A stretch of DNA of 13,607 bases from an uncultured Candidatus Poseidoniales archaeon (GTDB lineage: Archaea > Thermoplasmatota > Poseidoniia > Poseidoniales > Thalassarchaeaceae): assembly GCA_964645485.1 (NCBI GenBank), contig CAZXZO010000001.1:132161-145767 (forward strand), given 5' to 3'. The position numbers were made by a program, and so were the translations under genes. Positions 7,120 to 13,607 of this stretch are shown one piece after another. The notes under the pieces were generated by a model. It made no database searches and was not told the origin of the DNA. It was given only the letters and a program-made list of their open reading frames with translations. Numbering within the stretch: position 1 is the stretch's first letter; every line of letters starts with the position of its first letter.

Positions 7120-7412
7120 TACAGACCCAATTTAGTAACTAAATTAGAGTTCATTCTTGATATTATTAGGAAGCTTTCCGAACAATTTAACCCCGTATTT
7201 CTAGAATGGTTTTCAAGAACCACCGTGCTTGATTTTCAAGATTTTCTCCCTCAATTTGTTGATTAAGATAGTAGTTTCGTTTGTTATCATTAGTAATAAC
7301 GTTGAGAAATAAATTTGATGAAATTTGTTTTTGAATCTTAAATTACCTCAAGAAAAATTAAATGAAGTACATGGGGAACTTTAATAAATTGCATAATTTA
7401 GTACTGATAATA

Positions 7413-9896
7413 ATGCCAGTCCATAAAGGGTTAATCATCTGCTTGTTTTTCAGCAGCCTTTTCACACCCTTAGTTTCAGCCCAAGGAGATATCTTGTCTG
7501 ATCCAAGTAGTGACAGTAATTTCTCTGAGTTTCTGGAAGGAACGACCTCAACTGATGCAGTTGACCCAATGGGTTGGAATCAATCTATAAATTTAATTGG
7601 AAATTATCCGACGAGAACCATTGATTTGACAGACTCTATTTCATCAGGTTGGTCTTCAACATTATCAACAATCGCTTCACTTGGACGGTCTGCGGAAATC
7701 ATGTATTCCGGTCATGAGAATATATTCTATTTTTCCCAATTGAATTATCTTAACCCTGTTGTTATTTCTAGCGAGCACGACTCTGATGGGTCTGAATTTT
7801 CTCAAATAACACTGAGGAGTAGTTTAGCACTAGGTATTACTATTGATTCAATGTCGTATGAGAAGAAGGCGGTGTTATCTTGTGATAATGACTATCAAGA
7901 TGAAGTGTCTTTTTGCAAACTATTGATTATCCATGAAAACGACAATGAGACAACAAAATTTATTTTCGAAGAGACTAATGTTTCAGGAGATTATATCCAA
8001 AATTTCTCATTGATTAACACAGAAAAAGGAAAAACTAACTTCTCATGTGATGATATAAGTTTGTTTTCAAGCGATGAACTGGAGTCATTTTCAGCCAAAT
8101 CTGTTTTGGATGTAATTAGTTTTGAAGCTTTAGCAACAGGACAATTGAACTGCTTATCGTCAACATCCTCACAAAGTACGACTACCCCAAATATCGAACA
8201 AGACTCCTTATTTCCATACCAGAGAGAGTATCCACTCGTTCGAGTTCTCTTAATTGCCAGTGAGTGGAAAGGTGTCTGGACCTCCAGCAGTAACTTGCCT
8301 TGTATTCTAACGTATAGTCACCAGACAAGTGATACCACTGAATTTCGTTCATCGAATTGCCTCTCAACTAATTTAGAAAATTCTATTGAAGCGATTAGGG
8401 ATTCGGCGGCTTGGTTCATTAGCAAAGGGATATATATTGAGTATAACTTACAAGTTTTATCAACTGTGAGTATAACTGAAGATCCAGAGAGGTTATGTGA
8501 TGGCTCTAGTGATTCATTGAGCAAATGGTGGAAATCCTTCGTAGAAGATAATTTTGACGAATCCTACAAAAGATCTCATGATTATTATGACATCGTGGGA
8601 TTATTGATTGGTTTTGACGAATTTAAAGTTAACAATAATGGAGAAGACGATGAGACATACAAAGCAGGATGCGCAATAGAAGCATCTGTGGAGAAGGATA
8701 TAGGATCTTTTTGGGTTGAATGGACTAATATTATGCCTCTTAAAGTGAATGATGTTCAAAATAAAGAATTGGTTTTAAATCATGAAATTCTCCACACATT
8801 GTCAACATATGAAACCTCTTGGTTTTTTTTCACAAAAGAACCTTTACACGATGACTCAAAGAAGGATTGTACCAATCCAATCATAGATTCTACTGTCGGA
8901 AACCCAACTCATAATCCCAGTTGTTGGAATGATGAAAATAATATTAATTATCGGGATATTGTCTCTTCAACAAAGACAAAAGTGCAGAATCATGCAATTG
9001 ATTGGCTACCCTATAAGAGGATAATTAGATTTGGGCCTGGCGATTCTACTAACTTTGAATATGATGATGCTAGTAATTCATTAATTTCAGATTCTCTGTC
9101 AGTTTCTGAGTTATGGATTGATATTTCACATGAGCCCATAACTATGTGGGTTGATGAGTTTAGATACATTGAAGTTGGTGATTATCCGTTTTCAAAGCGA
9201 CCATTTTATAATTTCCATTACAAACTCGTAGAGAATGAAAATTATGAGACCGTTGTGTTCAGTATCCCATTTTCTGGCCAAGAATCTTATTCAATAACAT
9301 ATGGATCTCGATGCACTTCAACAATAAACGAATTCTTTGCAGGAATTATGGGTGGTATCACAAATTCTCCAAATCAGCCATTTGATACTTGGTTAGGCTA
9401 TGCATCTAATTATATTCGTGATGGAAAGGATTCAACCATTTATCATTCTAATAGTGAATGGATCTCGTTACCGGTTGATTGTAACAACCCTGCTTATGAA
9501 GAAAGAACCCCTTATGTTTTCGAATATAATTCGGGATTTATTACATCAGTGTGTGGGTTAACCACTCAAGAACCATTTGCATATAAAGTCTGTAAAGATG
9601 GTTCACCAACATTATCTAGAATCAAAAATGATGGTGGTTCAGGCGACCCGATTTCATGGAAAAATCTTGATGTATCAGAAACGAGTGCTCTTCAATATAT
9701 CATGATTTGGCCAGCCTATGAAGTGCAAAACCCCGACGGTTCTATTCGATGGGGAATATACAATTGGAATTCAATTACATATACTCAATGGGACTATACT
9801 GAATTGTTTGTTTCATATAATACAAATTCAGTAGGAAATGAACAAAATGTACCTCTTACTATTCAATTTGTGGCTGGTGGTGAAAATGAAATTTAA
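7413..9896 (+). CDS. Large secreted hypothetical protein with an HExxH zincin motif (putative metallopeptidase)
   Basis: Signal peptide MPVHKGLIICLFFSSLFTPLVSA|Q if started at 7413; the ORF is open from 7362. HEILH lies at 8781-8795, preceded by DIVGLL and AGCA segments. The protein is Ser/Thr/Asp- and Cys-rich. Confidence 0.75.
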   Translation: MPVHKGLIICLFFSSLFTPLVSAQGDILSDPSSDSNFSEFLEGTTSTDAVDPMGWNQSINLIGNYPTRTIDLTDSISSGWSSTLSTIASLGRSAEIMYSGHENIFYFSQLNYLNPVVISSEHDSDGSEFSQITLRSSLALGITIDSMSYEKKAVLSCDNDYQDEVSFCKLLIIHENDNETTKFIFEETNVSGDYIQNFSLINTEKGKTNFSCDDISLFSSDELESFSAKSVLDVISFEALATGQLNCLSSTSSQSTTTPNIEQDSLFPYQREYPLVRVLLIASEWKGVWTSSSNLPCILTYSHQTSDTTEFRSSNCLSTNLENSIEAIRDSAAWFISKGIYIEYNLQVLSTVSITEDPERLCDGSSDSLSKWWKSFVEDNFDESYKRSHDYYDIVGLLIGFDEFKVNNNGEDDETYKAGCAIEASVEKDIGSFWVEWTNIMPLKVNDVQNKELVLNHEILHTLSTYETSWFFFTKEPLHDDSKKDCTNPIIDSTVGNPTHNPSCWNDENNINYRDIVSSTKTKVQNHAIDWLPYKRIIRFGPGDSTNFEYDDASNSLISDSLSVSELWIDISHEPITMWVDEFRYIEVGDYPFSKRPFYNFHYKLVENENYETVVFSIPFSGQESYSITYGSRCTSTINEFFAGIMGGITNSPNQPFDTWLGYASNYIRDGKDSTIYHSNSEWISLPVDCNNPAYEERTPYVFEYNSGFITSVCGLTTQEPFAYKVCKDGSPTLSRIKNDGGSGDPISWKNLDVSETSALQYIMIWPAYEVQNPDGSIRWGIYNWNSITYTQWDYTELFVSYNTNSVGNEQNVPLTIQFVAGGENEI

Positions 9897-10554
9897 ATCA
9901 ATTTTCTTAGTCATCACGATGATGCTCTCCCAACCGATGTTAGCTGGATGTTTTGAACGTTCATCACCAGGTGATGATCACACTTCGTCAATCATACCGA
10001 ACTTTGCTGTATGTATACAGATTGAAACAAATGTATCTGATTGGAGTATTGTACTACCCGCACCACTATACGAATATGAAAATGGGACATTAAGTTATCA
10101 CCCATTCTTGAATAAACTGGTCAACGAAAGCGATGTAGAACCAATGATTATTGATGGGCGTACAGTCGAATTTAGTTACCGCAAATATAACCCTAAGTTC
10201 ACCATTGAATTGTCTAACAATTTGACGATGACCATACGTGGGGTTGACTCAGTATCGCATGACATGGGTCCAAGTTATGAAGCCTGCTCGCACATTAGGG
10301 GGACATTTACTTTGCCAAAATTTATCTGGCAGACTGTATGTATTGAAGAACATTGTAATCAAATTCCTCTCAAGGTTATACTTGACGATGATAGTCCCTC
10401 AGCTTATCTGAATGGGGTTTTATCGGTGAGTGGAGGATTTGTAAACACTGAATATGCTAAATGCGCAGGCTCAGGTATTTGGTTGGAACCATTGAATTTG
10501 ACACAGGAATATGTTAATAGTACCCAGCTTAATTGCACTTTTGTAAAAAGTTGA
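9886..10554 (+). CDS. Putative surface lipoprotein, variant 2
   Basis: Same signal peptide, LAGC lipobox and first 110 codons as variant 1. The ATG at 9886 follows GGTGGTGA and overlaps the upstream gene's stop by 11 nt. Confidence 0.8.
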   Translation: MKFKSIFLVITMMLSQPMLAGCFERSSPGDDHTSSIIPNFAVCIQIETNVSDWSIVLPAPLYEYENGTLSYHPFLNKLVNESDVEPMIIDGRTVEFSYRKYNPKFTIELSNNLTMTIRGVDSVSHDMGPSYEACSHIRGTFTLPKFIWQTVCIEEHCNQIPLKVILDDDSPSAYLNGVLSVSGGFVNTEYAKCAGSGIWLEPLNLTQEYVNSTQLNCTFVKS

Positions 10555-10595
10555 TTACTGTTTCTTTTGTTTCTCTCGTAGTTGAGATTTATTTT

Positions 10596-10700
10596 GAACT
10601 GCCGACCGATGAGGGTGATAGACCTTTGAGTCCTCCTTACATTCACAGCATTGAGATAGATGGTAACATGGCTTACATGCACCTAATCTTCCCAGCCTGA
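10596..10700 (+). pseudogene. Second start-less 3' fragment of the PPIase gene
   Basis: Identical to 6971-7075, including the recoded ELPT codons. Confidence 0.9.
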
Positions 10701-11187
10701 TGTTGCAACATTTTCAGGAATCAATGTTCTTGATTTTCAAGATTCCCGGCTTAATTTGGTAATTCAATTTTATTTTCAAGAATCAATGCTCTTGAATTTC
10801 ATTGAATTCAGACTTGAGGCAACAAGAAATTCGTGATGGCTTTGCAAATATATCTCAGTCCGCTTTAGCGTGAGATTCAAGGAGGTCACCCTCGCCCCGT
10901 GTACTGGGGAGATGGATGAGCGCCGTTACCGAGTTTGAATTGAGTGATGGAAGCACCGGCAATTTCTACTCGTTGCCAGCAAAAGAAGCTGAGTGGGGAA
11001 TCTCACTTTCCAATCTGCCATATTCAATCAGAGTTTTGCTTGAAGCGGCCCTCAGAAATCAAGATGGATTTTTAGTCACAGCAGATGATGTCAGCCGCAT
11101 CGCAAACTGGAATCCTGAAATGACTCCAGCAGAAATTCCATTCATGCCAAGCCGAGTAATTCTACAAGATTTCACCGGCGTTCCAGC
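10608..11187 (+). repeat. 580-bp direct repeat, copy 2
   Basis: Matches 5613-6192 except at 11116, 11129 and 11137. It continues into the intact acnA. Confidence 0.97.
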
Positions 11188-13585
11188 AGTCGTTGACATT
11201 GCGGCGCTCCGCGACGCAATGGTCCAATTAGGCGGCAACCCACAAAAAGTCAACCCGCAAGTTCCAGTCGACCTAGTAATTGACCATTCAGTTCAGGTCG
11301 ATTTTTCGGGTCTTTTCCCCGACGCGCGTGAGCGCAATTTGGAGATTGAGTATGAGCGAAACATGGAGCGGTATCAGTTTCTAAAGTGGGGCCAGCAGAG
11401 CCTTGACAATTTCCGTGCGGTACCTCCGGGAAGGGGGATTGTGCATCAGGTAAATCTCGAGTGGATTGCCAGTGTGGCGCGCCAAGAAAAAGGGGTTTGG
11501 TTGTGCGATTCTTTGGTCGGTACTGACTCTCACACCACGATGATAAATGGCTTGGGTGTTTTAGGTTGGGGGGTCGGCGGAATTGAGGCTGAAGCGGTGA
11601 TGCTCGGCCAGCCGATTTACATGCTTTTACCAGAAGTTGTTGGCTTTGAATTGACCGGCTGTTTGCAGCCGGGGGTGACTGCAACTGATATGACTTTACG
11701 AATTGTTGAGATTTTGCGAAATCATGGATGTGTTGGAAAATTCGTTGAATTTTTTGGGGACGGTCTAGCCAATATGACGCTACCTGACCGGGCCACGATT
11801 GCTAACATGGCGCCCGAATATGGAGCGACATGTGGATTTTTCCCAGTTGATGAAACAACTCTAGATTACATGCGGCTTTCAGGTCGGGATGAAGAACACA
11901 TCGAGAATGTGAAGCGATTTATGACCGCTCAAGGTATGTTCCTGACAGCTAATTCTCCTGACCCTGACTTCACATCGGTTTTGAGATTGGATTTGGGTTC
12001 AGTTGAGCCGGCTTTGGCGGGGCCAAAACGGCCACAAGATTTGGTCAATTTGAGCGAAATGAAAGAGCATTGGGTGGAGAGTTTGACCGCTCCACTTGGG
12101 CATCAAGGTCATGGGCTTGATACTAGCGAAGTTGATGTAAAAATTGACGTTGAAGGCGAAGATTTCTGCTTAACACATGGCGATGTGGTGATTGCTGCAA
12201 TTACGTCTTGTACTAATACCTCAAATCCGTCAGTCATGTTGGCGGCGGGACTAATTGCCAAGAAAGCCAATGCGCTTGGGATGAATATCAAACCCTGGGT
12301 GAAGCCGAGTTTAGCACCGGGGAGTAGGGTTGTAACTGAATATTATGATGCGGCTGGGCTTACCGACGATTTGGCGGCTTTAGGATTCAATAATGTTGGA
12401 TACGGATGTACAACTTGTATCGGAAACTCGGGTCCGCTTGCGGACAATATTGAGTCAGCAATTGAATCTGGAAATCTGATTGTTGGAAGTGTGATTTCAG
12501 GCAACAGAAATTTTGAAGGTAGAGTCCATCAAAAAGTCAAGGGCAGTTATCTTGGTAGCCCACCATTAGTAGTCGCTTATGCATTGGCGGGCACACTCAA
12601 CATTGATCTTCAGAATGATGCATTAGGTCAAGATTCAGATGGAAACGATGTTTTCTTGGCCGATATTTGGCCGACAGATGCAGAAATCCAAGCAACTATT
12701 GCGACTTCAATCAGTCCAGAAATGTTCCAAGAAAGATACTCTGATGCAACCGATGAGCCGCGCTGGAATGCAATCCCCAGTGAGGCTAGCGACCTATACC
12801 CTTGGCAAGAAGATTCTACTTACATTCGTCTGCCTTCATTCTTTGAAGGGATAACTCCTGAACCAGCGCCAATTCAAGAGATTAGTGGGGCCAATGTCTT
12901 ACTGATGTTGGGTGATTCCACGACTACAGACCACATCTCGCCTGCAGGAGCATTTCCACATACCGGCCCGGCCGGAAAATATCTGATGGATAACGGTGTA
13001 AAACCGCGCCATTTCAACTCGTTTGGTAGCCGGCGCGGCAACCACGAAGTGATGATGAGAGGTACTTTTGCCAACGTCAGAATCCGCAATAAAATTGCAC
13101 CAGGAACCGAAGGCGGATATACAACATTCTTCCCGACAGGAGAAGTAACTTCAGTCTATGAGGCAAGCATGAGGTACCAAGAAGCAGGCACGCCTCTAGT
13201 AGTCCTCGCTGGCTCGCAGTACGGCACTGGAAGCAGTAGAGACTGGGCAGCAAAAGGAACACTTTTACTCGGCGTAAAAGCGGTTATCGCTACATCATTT
13301 GAGAGAATTCACCGCTCAAATTTAGTCGGTATGGGGGTACTTCCCCTGACCTTTATTGAAGGGCAAGACCCAGAAGTTTTGGGGTTGGACGGAAGTGAGA
13401 CATTTGATATTCCTGCGCATGGAGAATTTGAACCCATGAGTGAGATGACCGTGACCGCACACAAGGCTGATGGGACAAGCATCACTTTCCAGACAATCGT
13501 AAGACTAGATACACCTGTTGAAGTGGACTATTATGACAACGGGGGAATCCTCCAAACCGTTTTAAGGAACCTCGCTCAAGAATAG
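10916..13585 (+). CDS. acnA: Aconitate hydratase A (AcnA/IRP family), full length 889 aa
   Basis: Motifs SRVILQDFTGVP, DLVIDHSVQVD, GTDSHT, ITSCTNTSNP, GYGCTTCIGNSG (three Fe-S Cys), GNRNFEGR, TTDHISPAG and YGTGSSRDWAAKG. Confidence 0.98.
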   Translation: MSAVTEFELSDGSTGNFYSLPAKEAEWGISLSNLPYSIRVLLEAALRNQDGFLVTADDVSRIANWNPEMTPAEIPFMPSRVILQDFTGVPAVVDIAALRDAMVQLGGNPQKVNPQVPVDLVIDHSVQVDFSGLFPDARERNLEIEYERNMERYQFLKWGQQSLDNFRAVPPGRGIVHQVNLEWIASVARQEKGVWLCDSLVGTDSHTTMINGLGVLGWGVGGIEAEAVMLGQPIYMLLPEVVGFELTGCLQPGVTATDMTLRIVEILRNHGCVGKFVEFFGDGLANMTLPDRATIANMAPEYGATCGFFPVDETTLDYMRLSGRDEEHIENVKRFMTAQGMFLTANSPDPDFTSVLRLDLGSVEPALAGPKRPQDLVNLSEMKEHWVESLTAPLGHQGHGLDTSEVDVKIDVEGEDFCLTHGDVVIAAITSCTNTSNPSVMLAAGLIAKKANALGMNIKPWVKPSLAPGSRVVTEYYDAAGLTDDLAALGFNNVGYGCTTCIGNSGPLADNIESAIESGNLIVGSVISGNRNFEGRVHQKVKGSYLGSPPLVVAYALAGTLNIDLQNDALGQDSDGNDVFLADIWPTDAEIQATIATSISPEMFQERYSDATDEPRWNAIPSEASDLYPWQEDSTYIRLPSFFEGITPEPAPIQEISGANVLLMLGDSTTTDHISPAGAFPHTGPAGKYLMDNGVKPRHFNSFGSRRGNHEVMMRGTFANVRIRNKIAPGTEGGYTTFFPTGEVTSVYEASMRYQEAGTPLVVLAGSQYGTGSSRDWAAKGTLLLGVKAVIATSFERIHRSNLVGMGVLPLTFIEGQDPEVLGLDGSETFDIPAHGEFEPMSEMTVTAHKADGTSITFQTIVRLDTPVEVDYYDNGGILQTVLRNLAQE

Positions 13586-13607
13586 GTTTGATGGCAACGG
13601 GATTTTT

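Larger units (their letters stand above)
6193..10607 (+). mobile_element. Accessory insertion (flexible island) bracketed by the 580-bp direct repeat; no mobility gene inside
   Basis: Removing one repeat plus this interval restores a simple PPIase-acnA adjacency. The cargo is visibly more AT-rich than korAB/acnA and encodes secreted or surface proteins. Confidence 0.7.

Noticed and set aside
6588-10530. Diversity-generating retroelement (TR/VR pair)
   Set aside because: The differences are not adenine-restricted (tgt/tgc, ggg/ggt, ctc/ctt), include an indel, and are far too many. No reverse transcriptase is in the window.
6860-10682. Minus-strand ORFs 6860-7057 and 10404-10682, and plus-strand ORF 7075-7266
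   Set aside because: They arise from reading the repeated PPIase tail and palindromic spacer in other frames, and have no independent coding signal.
6194-10744. Invertible shufflon
   Set aside because: All long repeats are direct, so recombination would delete, duplicate or convert but not invert. No invertase is present.
5613-11187. Pure assembly echo of one sequence
   Set aside because: Not accepted as the full explanation: the copies differ by SNPs, there are two distinct variable blocks, and the acnA junction has no shared k-mer. Unit order and strain mixing remain untested.
11059-13262. Small ORFs inside acnA
   Set aside because: They are antisense or frame-shifted shadows of an intact, motif-complete aconitase.

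Overview
Archaeal-type window: an A1-U72 tRNA-Gln and a GGAGGTGAT ribosome-binding site point to archaea, and the gene style suggests Marine Group II/Poseidoniales (inference). The backbone, left to right, is tRNA-Gln(CTG), a small membrane protein, an aldo/keto reductase and a 2-oxoacid:ferredoxin oxidoreductase beta/alpha pair on the minus strand. A divergent TPR-like/TM/cyclophilin PPIase gene and a full aconitase A follow on the plus strand. Between the PPIase and the intact acnA lies a ~5 kb accessory block built from interlocking direct repeats. The PPIase 3' end occurs three times; the two internal copies have synonymously recoded first codons. A 580-bp PPIase-end/intergenic/acnA-start segment occurs twice. 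The block encodes a secreted HExxH protein and two lipoproteins that share an identical N-terminal half and identical last 7 codons but have a ~48%-identical, Cys-scaffolded C-terminal domain. The extra lipoprotein sits behind an in-frame acnA'-fusion leader that keeps the native start/stop overlap. Downstream duplication of a gene's own 3' end also occurs at tRNA-Gln and at korB. No integrase, transposase or reverse transcriptase gene is visible in the window. The order of the repeated units needs long-read confirmation.
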